Below, piece by piece: positions 9,530 through 19,410 of a DNA stretch of 64,000 nucleotides (position 1 is the first letter of the stretch; the number at the start of each line of letters is the position of its first letter). Where the stretch lies: contig CBDFGE010000006.1 of assembly GCA_965247055.1 (NCBI GenBank), positions 688,114 through 752,113 on the forward strand. Direction: 5' to 3'. Made by a program: the position numbers and the translations under genes. The notes under the pieces were generated by a model. That model made no database searches, was not told the origin of the DNA, and worked only from the letters and a program-made list of their open reading frames with translations. The stretch comes from Dehalococcoidia bacterium. GTDB lineage: Bacteria > Chloroflexota > Dehalococcoidia > Lucifugimonadales > JAGWBF01.

Positions 9530-10900
9530 CTAAGCCGCGGGTTCCAGGACCTCCCTCACCGCGCGCAGCAGGGTGTCTTCTTCTTCGAGGAACACAGTAC
9601 GGGGGTCAAGGACGACCCGGTCATCCTCAATGCGCGCGATCACCGGGGTGCTGTACTCCCTGAGCCGGCCTATCAAGCGCTGGGCGCCTCCGGGGAGATG
9701 ACTACACTCCAACGCCAGCAGCCAGGTGTCCAGAGTCCCGCCCGGGAGGCTGCCGCCACCAACTGTGGACAGCCCCCGCAACACCAGCGCCCTGTTACCG
9801 ATTACCGCCTGCCAGTGGTATGCCCTGTCCTCCAGCTCCCCCGCCGAGGTGCTTATCAGCCGCCAGACGGGCACTTTCACCTCCGCCTCACCCTTTACGT
9901 AATGGAGGAGCGTCGCTGAGAGGGCGGCCAGGCTTAGCTTATCCATGCGCACGGCCCGGGCCAGGGGATGGGCTGCCATTCTTCGCACGAGCTCCCTCCG
10001 GCCAACCACGATGCCGGCTTGGGGGCCGCCCAGCAGCTTGTCGCCGGAGAAGAACACCAGCGCAGCTCCCGCGGCGATGCTCTCCTGGGGAGTGGGCTCC
10101 CGAGCGAGGCCGTACTCCTGGGTGTTTAAGAGGCACCCGCTCCCCACATCGTGGAACAGGGGGATGCCGTGCCTGTTGCCTATCTCCACCAGCTCCGCCA
10201 CATCGGTGGACCGGGTGAAGCCCTCGAGCCGGAAATTGCTGGCGTGCACCTTAAGGAGGGCCGCCGTATTGTCGCTAACGGCCCCCTCATAGTCCGAGGC
10301 GTAAGTCCGGTTAGTAGTTCCCACCTCCACCAGCGTCGCTCCACTCTGCAGCATCACCTCCGGTATGCGGAAGCCTCCGCCGATCTCCACCTCCTCTCCC
10401 CGGGAGACTATCACCTCTTTGCCCCTGGTCAAGGTCGATAGCGCCAGCAGCAGGGTGGCGGCGTTGTTGTTCACCACCAGGGCTGCCTCGGCGCCGGTAA
10501 GCTGGCAGAGGAGGGGCTCTACGTTCGCCTGGCGCGAGCCACGCCTCCCTTCCAGCAGGTCCAGCTCCAGGTTGCTGTAACCCTCGGCCGCCTGAAGCAT
10601 CGCCTCCATCGCCTCGAGACTCAGGGGAGCACGGCCCAGATTGGTGTGTATGATGACCCCGGTGGCGTTGATTAAAGGCCGGGGAGCGGCCCTGCCGAGT
10701 ATCTCCACCTGGCGGGCGACAGCGTCGGAAATCTCGTCCAGGGTAGGAGCCGCCGCCCCGTTCCGTATCGCGCCCCTGGCCTCGTCTATCCTAGCCCGCA
10801 CCAGGTTGGTCACCCAGTCCCGGGTGTACTCCTCCATCAGCGTCCTCACGCGCCTGCTGGAAAGCACACTCTCCACACTGGGCAGGTTACGCAGCTCCAT
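9530..10900 (-). CDS. selA: L-seryl-tRNA(Sec) selenium transferase
   Basis: Full-length SelA pattern: LRNLPSVESVL, INATGVIIHTNLGRAPL, FSGDKLLGGPQAGIIVG-type PLP-Lys motif (FSGDKLLGGPQAGIVVG), VGGGSLPG. Confidence 0.9.
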   Translation of the reverse strand: MELRNLPSVESVLSSRRVRTLMEEYTRDWVTNLVRARIDEARGAIRNGAAAPTLDEISDAVARQVEILGRAAPRPLINATGVIIHTNLGRAPLSLEAMEAMLQAAEGYSNLELDLLEGRRGSRQANVEPLLCQLTGAEAALVVNNNAATLLLALSTLTRGKEVIVSRGEEVEIGGGFRIPEVMLQSGATLVEVGTTNRTYASDYEGAVSDNTAALLKVHASNFRLEGFTRSTDVAELVEIGNRHGIPLFHDVGSGCLLNTQEYGLAREPTPQESIAAGAALVFFSGDKLLGGPQAGIVVGRRELVRRMAAHPLARAVRMDKLSLAALSATLLHYVKGEAEVKVPVWRLISTSAGELEDRAYHWQAVIGNRALVLRGLSTVGGGSLPGGTLDTWLLALECSHLPGGAQRLIGRLREYSTPVIARIEDDRVVLDPRTVFLEEEDTLLRAVREVLEPAA

Positions 10901-11134
10901 GCTTCGCTCGACCTCAAGGCTCCTGCTAATACCCTATCTCACAATTGTATCACGGCCGCTGTTGATTACACCCTCACACAGGCACGCCAGAATTAAGGGC
11001 AAATGAGATACCCGGCATCCCAACGGTAGGGGCGGTGGCTGTTACCGTACGGGCGGTATATAATATCGGGGACTTCAAGAGAGTCCCCCTGTTCCATACC
11101 GGCCTACGACCTACACAGTAAGAGGTGGAGCGCC

Positions 11135-12364
11135 ATGGACTTCAAGCTCCCTCCAGAGTTGGACGCTCTCAAACACACCCTACGCCGAATAGTCCAGCAG
11201 GAGTGCATACCCCTGGAGCCCCGCTACCTGGCCAATCCGCCCCGCGATGGAGTAGAGGACGACGGGCCGAGGGGCATCGCCGAGGCTACCATGGGAGTGG
11301 TGGGTACTCTCCCCGGGGAGGACTGGGACCGCCTTACCCGCCTCTCCAAGGAGACGGGTATCTACACAGCCCACCTGCCCACTGAGTACGAAGGAGGAGG
11401 CCTGGGAGCGCTGGGACACGTGGTGGTGGACGAGGAAGCCCACAAGAGCATCGTCCAGCTTCCCGTTTCCCCCGTGCCGATGATGCTCCTCGGGGTCTGC
11501 ACCAGGGAGCAGGAGGAGAAATACGTGTATCCCTCGATCCGTGGGGACATGATATACGCCTTCGGCCAGACGGAGCCCCAGGCAGGCTCGGACCCTGGGG
11601 GGATGATGCAGACCCGGGCCATTCAGGACGGTGACGACTGGGTCCTCAACGGCACCAAGATGTTCATCTCAGGTGCAGCCTCCGCCGACTACATCCTGGT
11701 CCAGGCGGTCACCGACCCGGAGAAGCGCCAGCGGGGCGGCATCACCATGTTCATCGTGGACAACCCAACTCCGGGCATGAGCTTCGACCCCATCAGGGTG
11801 TGGACCACCCCCACCAAGGCCCAGCAGTTCTTCGTCCACCTGGACAACGTCCGGGTCCCCCAGACCCAGGTGCTGGGAGATGTGGGAGGAGGCTTCACCC
11901 TGGGGCAGAAATGGCTGGTCCACCACGACAGGCTGCTCCGAGGCACCATGGCCCTGGGCATCATGAGCCGTTCCCTGGGCATGGCCATCGACTGGGCCAA
12001 GCAGCGGGTGACCTACGGCAGGCCCATCGCCGACAGGCAGGCCATCCAGTGGATGCTCACCGACGTGTACACCGATATCATGACCCTCCGGGCCCTCACC
12101 CATCAGACGGCCTGGCGTGCCGACCAGGGAGAGGACGTGAGGGTGGAGGCGTCCATGGTCAAGTACTGCGCGGGAGAGTGGGGCTGGAGGAGCATCGACA
12201 AGGTCCTTCAGATATTCGGGGGCCTGGGAGAGACCCTGGACATGCCCATACCCCACTGGTACCACATGCTGCGCCACGCCCGCATCGGCGGCGGCACCTC
12301 GGAGATCCACAAGTTCATCATGGCCCGGGCCCTCCTCAGCGGCCGGGTCTCCTGGGAGGCGTGA
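11135..12364 (+). CDS. acyl-CoA dehydrogenase family protein
   Basis: FGQTEPQAGSD, WVLNGTKMFISGA, QIFGGLGE and GGTSEIHKF motifs. RBS GAGGTGGAG. Confidence 0.9.
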   Translation: MDFKLPPELDALKHTLRRIVQQECIPLEPRYLANPPRDGVEDDGPRGIAEATMGVVGTLPGEDWDRLTRLSKETGIYTAHLPTEYEGGGLGALGHVVVDEEAHKSIVQLPVSPVPMMLLGVCTREQEEKYVYPSIRGDMIYAFGQTEPQAGSDPGGMMQTRAIQDGDDWVLNGTKMFISGAASADYILVQAVTDPEKRQRGGITMFIVDNPTPGMSFDPIRVWTTPTKAQQFFVHLDNVRVPQTQVLGDVGGGFTLGQKWLVHHDRLLRGTMALGIMSRSLGMAIDWAKQRVTYGRPIADRQAIQWMLTDVYTDIMTLRALTHQTAWRADQGEDVRVEASMVKYCAGEWGWRSIDKVLQIFGGLGETLDMPIPHWYHMLRHARIGGGTSEIHKFIMARALLSGRVSWEA

Positions 12365-12504
12365 GGGCCGCGGTCTGGGGACTCCTTGACACGCCCATAG
12401 ATAGCAACCTACAATCCGGCCAACTAGCATTGGAGGAGTGGGGACGGGCCGCGTTGGCCAGCGGTGGGAGCATCGACGACCCGCGAAGGGACAGGAGGAT
12501 TACC

Positions 12505-13689
12505 ATGAGCAGGTGGCCCAAGGTTAACTACAAGGAAGAGGGGATGCGGGAGGGGATGCAGATAGAGGACGCCGACATCTCGGTGGATGACAGGGTGCGG
12601 CTCCTGGACGCCCTATCGGAGACGGGCCTCAAGCACATCGTGGTTGGCTCCTTCGTCAGCCCCAAGTGGACGCCCCAGATGGCCCGGGTGGACGAGATCG
12701 TCTCCAGGTTCCACCCCAAGCCCGGGGTGACCTACACCGCCCTGGCCCTGAACGAGCGGGGCGTGGAGCGGGCCCGGCAGTATTCGCCGCCCCTCACCAT
12801 AGAGCAGGACCTCTACCCCAGGCTCTCCTGCCACATGTGCGACGTCTTCACCCGCCGCAACGCCAACCGCTCCCAGATGCAGGAGATGGAGCGGTGGCCT
12901 CAGATCGTGGCCCAAGCGCAGGAGCGCAACGTCAGGGAGGCGGGCATCAGCACCAGCGCCAGCTGGGGCTCCAACTTCACCGGCGACATCCCGGTGGACG
13001 CCCTGGTGACCATGCTGGACAAGCAGCACCGGCTGTGGGACGAGGCGGGGATCAAGGTGGTAAGCGTCGGCCTGGGCGACCCCATGAGCTGGTGCAGGCC
13101 CGACAAAGTGGAGGACAGCGTGACCCGGATCAAGGAGAGGTGGCCCGAGATAAACCACTTCAACCTCCACCTCCATAACGCCCGGGGCATGGCGATGCCC
13201 TCGGCCTACGCCGCCATGCGGGCCCTCGGGCCCGACGACACCCTGGACCTGGACGGCACCATAGGCGGCTTCGGCGGATGCCCCTACTGCGGCAACGGCC
13301 GCGCCACGGGCCTGTGCCCCTCCGAAGACCTCCTTCACATGATGGAGGACATGGGCATCGAGACGGGCGTGGACATCGACAAACTCATCGAATGCGTATG
13401 GATGGCGGAGGAGATAGTGGGCAGGCCGCTCTATGGCCACGTGTCCAGGGCGGGGCCACGTCCCAAGACCGTCGACAAACTGTACGATATCAACGCTCCC
13501 TTCGTGGAGACCCTGGAGCAGGCCAGGCACTTCAAGGCCGGCCCCAAGGCCTACGAGGGCGGCACCTACCCCTATCGCGAGCCCATTACCAGCCCCTACA
13601 GGGAGCGCATCGAGAGGGGGCTTCCGGCCTACGAGCCCAGCGACGGCGAGTGGCCCTGGAAGCAGGACTGGTTCCCCGTGAAGGAGTAG
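12505..13689 (+). CDS. HMG-CoA lyase-like (DRE-TIM) acyl-CoA lyase
   Basis: ATG at 12505 preceded by AGGAGGA. EGMREGMQIED...VGSFVSPKWTPQM...LHLHNARGMA...GGFGGCPY is typical of the HMGL-like family. The upstream part of ORF 11800-13689 overlaps the ACAD gene out of frame. Confidence 0.8.
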   Translation: MSRWPKVNYKEEGMREGMQIEDADISVDDRVRLLDALSETGLKHIVVGSFVSPKWTPQMARVDEIVSRFHPKPGVTYTALALNERGVERARQYSPPLTIEQDLYPRLSCHMCDVFTRRNANRSQMQEMERWPQIVAQAQERNVREAGISTSASWGSNFTGDIPVDALVTMLDKQHRLWDEAGIKVVSVGLGDPMSWCRPDKVEDSVTRIKERWPEINHFNLHLHNARGMAMPSAYAAMRALGPDDTLDLDGTIGGFGGCPYCGNGRATGLCPSEDLLHMMEDMGIETGVDIDKLIECVWMAEEIVGRPLYGHVSRAGPRPKTVDKLYDINAPFVETLEQARHFKAGPKAYEGGTYPYREPITSPYRERIERGLPAYEPSDGEWPWKQDWFPVKE

Positions 13690-13716
13690 AAACTTGCCCC
13701 CGGCGTGCCGGGCAAA

Positions 13717-13752
13717 GGTAGAGGCGACCCTGCTGGGTCGCCTCTACCTTTT
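13717..13752. terminator. bidirectional rho-independent terminator
   Basis: Perfect 14-bp stem GGTAGAGGCGACCC-tgct-GGGTCGCCTCTACC followed by TTTT, with AAA upstream. It sits between convergent genes. Confidence 0.8.
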
Positions 13753-13790
13753 GAGCAGCTATACGCCGGGACCCAGGCCCCGGTCTCGGT

Positions 13791-14252
13791 CTAGCGGGAC
13801 GCCTCTCTGGCGAGGGCCTCCCGGGAGGGCTCCAGGCGGACGGTGTCCCCCACCCGAAGCTCACCGCCGTTCAGCACAACCGCCAGGATACCCCGCCGCC
13901 CGTCGAGCTCCACCCTGAGCCCGGGGCGTATCTCGTCCATCCGGCCGCAGGGCTCGCAGGGGCCCGTGACCTCGAGCGTCACCTCATCACCTACGAAGAA
14001 CACCTGCCCACGCCCGATGGTCGAGAAGTCCAGGCCCTCCACCGTGATGTTCTCCTTGATTACGCTGGGGGCCAGCCCAAAGGAGTCGAGGGTCTCTTTG
14101 TCCATCAGAAGCACCTGCCGGGCTATGCCCTTGCGGGCGTGCCGGTCGCCCTCCAGGCCAAAGTCCGCAATCGCCCTGGTCTCCTGGACGGACACCATGG
14201 GCTTACGACTCTCTGTACCCAGATGAAGGGCGACGACTCTCCCTTGCTCCAT
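13791..14252 (-). CDS. MOSC domain-containing protein
   Basis: ATG at 14252 preceded by GGGGAGGGAG. GLEGDRHA...QVLLM...ENITVEGLD...GPCEPC is the MOSC signature. Confidence 0.8.
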   Translation of the reverse strand: MEQGRVVALHLGTESRKPMVSVQETRAIADFGLEGDRHARKGIARQVLLMDKETLDSFGLAPSVIKENITVEGLDFSTIGRGQVFFVGDEVTLEVTGPCEPCGRMDEIRPGLRVELDGRRGILAVVLNGGELRVGDTVRLEPSREALAREASR

Positions 14253-14354
14253 TGCTCCCTCCCCGTGTGGGCCCGCTAAAAATTGAACTAGCCCATTATA
14301 TAGTGGGGGTGTTAGAATTGTCACCACCCCAAGCCCGGCATATGGAGGATCGCA

Positions 14355-15200
14355 GTGGGATACCGGTATATAAAGGTGGATAGGATGCAGGGTGTCGTCA
14401 TCCTGACCATGCACGATCCGAGTACCCGGAACGCCCTGGGCCACGAGATGGCCCGGGAGATGATCGAGGAGCTTGGCCGTTTCGAGGCCGACCCGGAGGA
14501 CAGGGTGGTGATGGTCACCGGCACCGAGCCTTCCTTCTGCTCGGGCGCCAACGTGAAAGAGTTCCGCCAGGACATCCAGTCGCGTGGCGATGGGCCGAGA
14601 GAGGGGCAAACTCTGCCCTGGGGCAAGATGGAAGCCCGCCTGGGCAGCCGGGAGGCCGGAGACCGGTCCCTTGTCCCCCAGGTCCCCCTCACGATTCACA
14701 ATCTCCAGAAACCATCCATCGCCGCGGTGAACGGACACGCCATCGGGGCGGGAATGGGGGTATCCCTCGCCTGCGACATTCGCATAGCCTCCGAGAGGGC
14801 GGTATTCTCCGAGGCCTTTGTGCGGATGGGGCTGGTACCCGCGGATGGGAGCTGCTGGCAGCTGCCCCGCCTCATCGGCCTGAGCAACACCCTCCTCCTC
14901 CAGTACACGGGGGACACGGTGGATGGCAACGAGGCCTACCGCATGGGGCTGTGCAGCAAGGTGGTGCCCCACGACGAGCTCATGCCCTCGGCCATGGAGC
15001 TGGCCTCGCGACTGGCCCGGGGAGCCACCCAGTCGATGTCCCTGACCAAGTACCTGGTCCACAGGTCCCTGGAGACCGGATTCCGGGAGAGCCTGGAGAT
15101 AGCCTGGTCCGCCCAGGAGATCGCCCGGCAGACCCAGGACCACGCGGAGGCGGTCCATGCCTTCCTGGAAAAGCGGCGCCCGGAGTTCAAGGGAAGGTGA
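14355..15200 (+). CDS. enoyl-CoA hydratase/isomerase family protein
   Basis: Crotonase fold motifs: FCSGANV, KPSIAAVNGHAIGAGMGVSLACDIRIA, EGVHAFLEKR-type C-terminus (EAVHAFLEKRRPEF). Confidence 0.9.
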   Translation: MGYRYIKVDRMQGVVILTMHDPSTRNALGHEMAREMIEELGRFEADPEDRVVMVTGTEPSFCSGANVKEFRQDIQSRGDGPREGQTLPWGKMEARLGSREAGDRSLVPQVPLTIHNLQKPSIAAVNGHAIGAGMGVSLACDIRIASERAVFSEAFVRMGLVPADGSCWQLPRLIGLSNTLLLQYTGDTVDGNEAYRMGLCSKVVPHDELMPSAMELASRLARGATQSMSLTKYLVHRSLETGFRESLEIAWSAQEIARQTQDHAEAVHAFLEKRRPEFKGR

Positions 15201-15363
15201 CTCAACGCCATGGCGTTGAATCTGGACCAACCACACGGCGTGTTGACGGCAAGGGCCATGCGAGATAACGTTGTGGGGAAGCGGCCCCTCCCCGCCCGGC
15301 GAGTCACACGAAGAGATAATTCCCTATTGCCGCAAAAATGCTGCACCATGTGAGGAGTCTCGG

Positions 15364-15981
15364 ATGAATGACGTCGAAAGACAGGCGGTGTTCTTCGTCG
15401 CAGACATATCCGGCTACACAAAGTTCATATTCTCCAACGAAAAGGAGATCGCCCATAGCCAGACAATCATCCGGGAGCTGATCACGACGCTCCTCGCAGA
15501 AGTAAATCTTCCCCTTCGGCTCGTCAGGATCGAAGGCGACGCCCTTTTTCTGTACGCCATCAAGGACGATCCTGAGCAGCCCTGGGAGACTGCGTCCAAG
15601 AACCTCGTCTTCAACGTAATGACTTTCTTCAAGGTCTTCTCAAACAAGGTCTCCGAGCTAACTATTCATAAGATCTGCAACTGCACGGCCTGCATCAACA
15701 TTGAGCGGTTGAAGCTTAAGATAGTTGTGCATAGCGGGCGAGCCGCCTTCTACCGGGTCAACGAGCATCAGGAGCTCACAGGAACCGGCCCTATCATCGT
15801 TCATCGATTGCTTAAGAACTCTGTCGAGGCCGATGAATATATCCTTTTGACCGAGTCGGCGTACAATGAACTCCCTCTCCCCGATGGGAAAGTGGAGCAG
15901 GGAGAGGAGACCTACGACGAGATTGGCACCATCAAAACCTACGTCTGTGAGGTGGACCCCAAAATTCGGACAGGTGGCTAA
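15364..15981 (+). pseudogene. DUF2652 (nucleotidyl-cyclase-like) protein, C-terminus replaced by IS3 sequence
   Basis: FFVADISGYTKFI...RIEGDALFLY...KIVVHSG resembles DUF2652. From nt 15948 the frame reads into the IS3 terminal repeat (…CEV/DPKIRTGG*). The gene is visibly AT-richer than its neighbours. Confidence 0.55.
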
Positions 15982-16026
15982 GAGAGAGTCCCGCTCCTAA
16001 AATAGGACGGAAACAAGGAGCAGGAC

Positions 16027-16311
16027 ATGAAGCAAACACGTAAGAAGCACAGCCCAGTCTTCAAGGCCAAAGTGGCTTTGGCCGCGCTCCAGGGGGAGCA
16101 CACCATTGCAGAGCTGGCCAGCCGGTTTGAAGTCCACCCGAGCCAGATCCATGCCTGGAAGAAGGCCTTGACTCAGGGGGCGCCGCACCTCTTTGAAAAT
16201 GGTGGTGGACGCCAGGAGAAGGACCAAGAGGTCCTCACTGCCCAGCTCTACCAACAGATTGGGCAGCTCAAGGTGGAACGGAATTTTTTGTCACGGAGCT
16301 TCGGGTTGTGA
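16027..16311 (+). CDS. IS3-family transposase OrfA (HTH)
   Basis: [41 protein letters not shown] is the typical IS3/IS911 OrfA. Confidence 0.9.
   Translation: MKQTRKKHSPVFKAKVALAALQGEHTIAELASRFEVHPSQIHAWKKALTQGAPHLFENGGGRQEKDQEVLTAQLYQQIGQLKVERNFLSRSFGL
16284..16290 (+). promoter_or_regulatory. -1 programmed ribosomal frameshift heptamer T_TTT_TTG
   Basis: In orfA phase the codons are AAT TTT TTG, which fits X_XXY_YYZ. orfB is in the -1 phase and overlaps the orfA end. The heptamer is conserved in copy B. Confidence 0.6.
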
Positions 16312-17243
16312 GCCGGTCCCAACGCCGGGCCATGATTGACCGAGAAGAACCGAAGCTGTCTCTGGTGCGCCAGTGCGCCTTGCTGGGTATCAGCCGCTCC
16401 TCGTTGTACTACCTGCCAACCGAGGCCGGCGCCGAGGACTTGGAGTTGATGGCCCTCATAGACCAACAGTACCTGAAGACACCTTTCTACGGCTCCAGAA
16501 GGATGACTGCCTGGCTCAGCAATCACGGACACCAGGTCAACCGCAAGCGGGTCCGCCGGCTGATGCAGCTGATAGGCCTGGAGGCCATCTACCGGCGTCC
16601 CAACACCAGCAAGCCAAACCCAGGGCATAAGGTCTATCCGTACTTGCTCAGGGGGCTGGAGATCAACCGGGTCAACCAGGTGTGGGCCACCGACATCACC
16701 TACATACCCATGGCTCGGGGTTTCCTCTACTTGGTGGCCATCATGGACTGGCACAGCCGCTACGTGTTGGCCTGGCGGCTGTCCAACACCCTGGAGGTAG
16801 ACTTCTGTGTTGCGGCTCTGGAAGAGGCCTTGAGCAAGGGTCGGCCACAGATCTTCAACACCGACCAGGGCAGCCAGTTCACCAGCGAGGCCTTCACCAG
16901 CATGCTGCTGGCGCAAGGCGTTCAAGTGAGCATGGACGGCAGGGGCCGGTGCATGGACAACGTCTTCGTGGAACGGCTGTGGCGCAGCATCAAGTACGAG
17001 GAGGTGTACCTGAAGGCATACCAAAATGGGACTGAGGCCAGAAAGGGGATTGGGGCTTATCTGGCCTTCTACAACCAAGAGCGGCCCCATCAAGCCCTGG
17101 GCTATCGGTCACCGGGTCAGGTGTTCCATGCAGTGAGCCCACAAAGGTGTTTACTGGAACATCCACGAGCCTTACCATCGGGTGAAGGTTTACAAGACAC
17201 CCCAGCGGTAGACTCTCTTATTTTAGCCTCACCGCTGTCCTGA
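16308..17243 (+). CDS. IS3-family transposase OrfB (DDE integrase core)
   Basis: WATDITYI...TDQGSQFTS...[20 protein letters not shown] is the rve-domain pattern. Probably made as an OrfAB fusion. Confidence 0.9.
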   Translation: MSRSQRRAMIDREEPKLSLVRQCALLGISRSSLYYLPTEAGAEDLELMALIDQQYLKTPFYGSRRMTAWLSNHGHQVNRKRVRRLMQLIGLEAIYRRPNTSKPNPGHKVYPYLLRGLEINRVNQVWATDITYIPMARGFLYLVAIMDWHSRYVLAWRLSNTLEVDFCVAALEEALSKGRPQIFNTDQGSQFTSEAFTSMLLAQGVQVSMDGRGRCMDNVFVERLWRSIKYEEVYLKAYQNGTEARKGIGAYLAFYNQERPHQALGYRSPGQVFHAVSPQRCLLEHPRALPSGEGLQDTPAVDSLILASPLS

Positions 17244-17267
17244 TCATGGGGTCCACTTGGAATTGGC

Positions 17268-17864
17268 TTGACCTTCACCCTCGCCGTAGCGGGAATAGTC
17301 ACCGGATTTACGCTGAACGCTGGGTCCGGCGAACCAGCGCAGGACCCGGATGCCACCAGCATAGACGACATCGACCCCAAGGTGTGCAACGCGATTCACA
17401 ACATCAACGCCTGCACTCCCGAGGAGCTGGAAGACCTTGGAGTGGCCCCTCACGGTGACCCCACCTACGATGAGTGGCTGTCCGACTTCGGAGATGGAAA
17501 GGTCGTCACCAGCATAGACAACGTCGACCCCAACGCGTGCGACTATATCCACAATATCAACGCCTGCACCCCCGAGGAGCTAGAAGAACTGGGAAACCTA
17601 GCAGCGATATCTTGGATAGTTGATCCCGACACCGTAGTAGAGGGTGAGCCCGAGCCCCCGTTCGTGGATGGCGAGCCAGTCACGAATCAGGAGTGCGATC
17701 TGGCTGGGGGGACTTTCTGGGCTAGCTCTGATGGCAAGGTTGGGTGCGACATCGTCAACGATCCTGAGGACGGTGGAGAAGGTGAGACCCAAGCGCAGCC
17801 TCCCGGTGGTGATACCCCAGGTCGAGCCATCCGCCTAATAAGGAGCTACGACCCTGCTACATGA
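17268..17864 (+). CDS. hypothetical protein with two HhH-like repeats, N-terminus probably lost to IS3
   Basis: Repeats IDDIDPKVCNAIHNINACTPEELEDLG and IDNVDPNACDYIHNINACTPEELEELG resemble the ComEA-type INxAxxEEL helix-hairpin-helix motif. The ORF opens only 8 codons after the IS3 end, inside a hydrophobic helix, and has a TTG start. Confidence 0.45.
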   Translation: MTFTLAVAGIVTGFTLNAGSGEPAQDPDATSIDDIDPKVCNAIHNINACTPEELEDLGVAPHGDPTYDEWLSDFGDGKVVTSIDNVDPNACDYIHNINACTPEELEELGNLAAISWIVDPDTVVEGEPEPPFVDGEPVTNQECDLAGGTFWASSDGKVGCDIVNDPEDGGEGETQAQPPGGDTPGRAIRLIRSYDPAT

Positions 17865-17868
17865 AATA

Positions 17869-17913
17869 GACGAGGCCGCCGGTTACCCACAACCGGCGGC
17901 CTCGTTCTATTAT
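17869..17913 (+). terminator. rho-independent terminator
   Basis: 15-bp stem ACGAGGCCGCCGGTT-acccac-AACCGGCGGCCTCGT followed by a T-rich tail, 5 nt after the stop codon. Confidence 0.8.
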
Positions 17914-18041
17914 TGGGGTATTTCTCGGGACGTAACCCGCGAGCACTGGGCAGCGCCACGGGGATCCAAGTTCGAAGCAACATATAAGTAAGGACCCAAT
18001 GTAAACGTGGACGGTCCCATACAGTCTACGGCCACACAGAA

Positions 18042-19410
18042 GGGTCACGTCCCATAGAGTGGTGTAAGAGTACGTCATCCTGTTGATATCGTCTAGGCCG
18101 CTGCCTCTGCGAGTTCGGCTCTGGGTAGAGCTTCGTTGGAGGTGGTTACCTCCTGTGTCATGTATCGACGGCCGACGGCCCACTCGTCGTGCTGCTCAGC
18201 TAGGACGGCGCCGACCAGGCGACGGACAGATGGGCGGTTAGGGAAGATGCCCACCACATCGGTGCGGCGCCGTATCTCCTTGTTGAGACGCTGCAGGGGG
18301 TTGTTGGACCAGATCTTCTTCCAGTGGGCGACGGGGAAGCTGGAGAAGGCCAGGACGTCGGGTCCAGCCTCGTCCAGTCGAGAGGCGCCCTGTGGGAACG
18401 GGTCCTGGAGCTGAGCAATCACCCGCTCGAGTTGGGCATGCACCTCCTGAGGGGACGGCTGCTGGTAGATGGTGCGTACCATGGTGGCCACCCAGGGCTG
18501 AGCGCTCCTGGGGACCCGAGTGAGCAGGTTGGTCATGAAGTGGGTGCGGCACCGCTGCCAACTGGCCCCACCGAAGACAGTTGCGATGGCATCCCTGAGT
18601 CCCTGATGAGCGTCCGATACCACCAGTTCCACCCCGCCCAGGCCCCTGGCGACCAGTGAGCGCAGGAAGGCCAGCCAGAAGGCGCCGTCTTCACTGGTAC
18701 CCACGTCCATCCCAACGATCTCACGCTTGCCCTCGCTATTGACCGCCGTCGCCACCACCACGCTGACGTTGACTATCCTACCGGCCTCTCTGACCTTCTG
18801 GGTTAGTGCGTCCAGCCACAGGTAGGGATATGATCCGCCGTCCAGCGGCCGACCCAGGAAGCTCTCCACCACCCCGTCCAGCTCCTGGCAGATACGCGAC
18901 ACTTGGCTCTTTGAGATACCCTCGCACCCAAGAGCCTTGACCAGATCATCCACTCGCCTCGTCGATACACCCTCCACATACGCCTGCTGGATCACCGCCA
19001 GCAGAGCTCGCTCGCTGCGACGCCGTGGCTCCAGCAGGCTCGGAAAGTAGCTTCCCTCTCTGAGCTTGGGTATCTGCAACTCCATGGTCCCTACGCGAGT
19101 GTCCCATGCTCGAGACCGGTACCCGTTGCGCTGGGTCACCCGCTCAGGGTTGCGTTCTCCATACCCAGCACCGGTCCTCGATGACACATCAGCCTCCATG
19201 ATCTCCTCGACCAGCACTCTCAGTGCCTCTCGTAGAAAGTCCACGTCACCGTCGACTCCCCTCTTGCGCATTAGCTCAAGCAGGTCCATCCTTTCCTTGA
19301 CCACCGTTGTCCTCCTTTCTCAGGCTCGTCTTTGCCCGCTAAGGATGACGTGGTGGTCTCTCTTCATCCAGACCCTCTCCTCTTGTTACACCACTTCCTG
19401 GGACTCTACT
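18042..19410 (-). mobile_element. IS256-family insertion sequence, copy B (complete; ends uncertain by about 10 bp)
   Basis: Intact transposase plus both termini. Imperfect IRs GTCCCAGGAAGTGGTGTAACAAGAG and GTCCCATAGAGTGGTGTAAGAG. Flanks differ (cacacagaag versus tctactgaac), so no target duplication is visible. Confidence 0.85.
18093..19304 (-). CDS. IS256-family (Mutator-type) transposase, intact
   Basis: 403-aa uninterrupted ORF with ...VSDAHQGLRDAI...WQRCRTHFMTN...NPLQRLNKEIRRR motifs. Confidence 0.95.
   Translation of the reverse strand: MVKERMDLLELMRKRGVDGDVDFLREALRVLVEEIMEADVSSRTGAGYGERNPERVTQRNGYRSRAWDTRVGTMELQIPKLREGSYFPSLLEPRRRSERALLAVIQQAYVEGVSTRRVDDLVKALGCEGISKSQVSRICQELDGVVESFLGRPLDGGSYPYLWLDALTQKVREAGRIVNVSVVVATAVNSEGKREIVGMDVGTSEDGAFWLAFLRSLVARGLGGVELVVSDAHQGLRDAIATVFGGASWQRCRTHFMTNLLTRVPRSAQPWVATMVRTIYQQPSPQEVHAQLERVIAQLQDPFPQGASRLDEAGPDVLAFSSFPVAHWKKIWSNNPLQRLNKEIRRRTDVVGIFPNRPSVRRLVGAVLAEQHDEWAVGRRYMTQEVTTSNEALPRAELAEAAA

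Larger units (their letters stand above)
15948..17260 (+). mobile_element. IS3-family insertion sequence, copy A (about 1313 bp)
   Basis: Near-identical to the reverse complement of 19746-21058. Ends TGAGGTGGACCCC...GGGGTCCACTTG form imperfect inverted repeats. Has the orfA/orfB architecture. Confidence 0.9.

Noticed and set aside
11068-11090. Hairpin GGGGACT-tcaagag-AGTCCCC containing TCA, 170 nt from selA. I checked it as a possible tRNA-Sec anticodon arm.
   Set aside because: The loop lacks U33 in the right place, and no acceptor, D or T-arm (GTTCRA) sequence surrounds it. It is more likely a leader hairpin of the acyl-CoA dehydrogenase transcript.
11800-12504. N-terminal extension of the lyase ORF (629 aa as listed in the track)
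   Set aside because: The extension overlaps the acyl-CoA dehydrogenase gene out of frame and is Pro/Gly/Arg-rich. An ATG at 12505 with an AGGAGGA RBS gives a normal-length HMGL-like protein.
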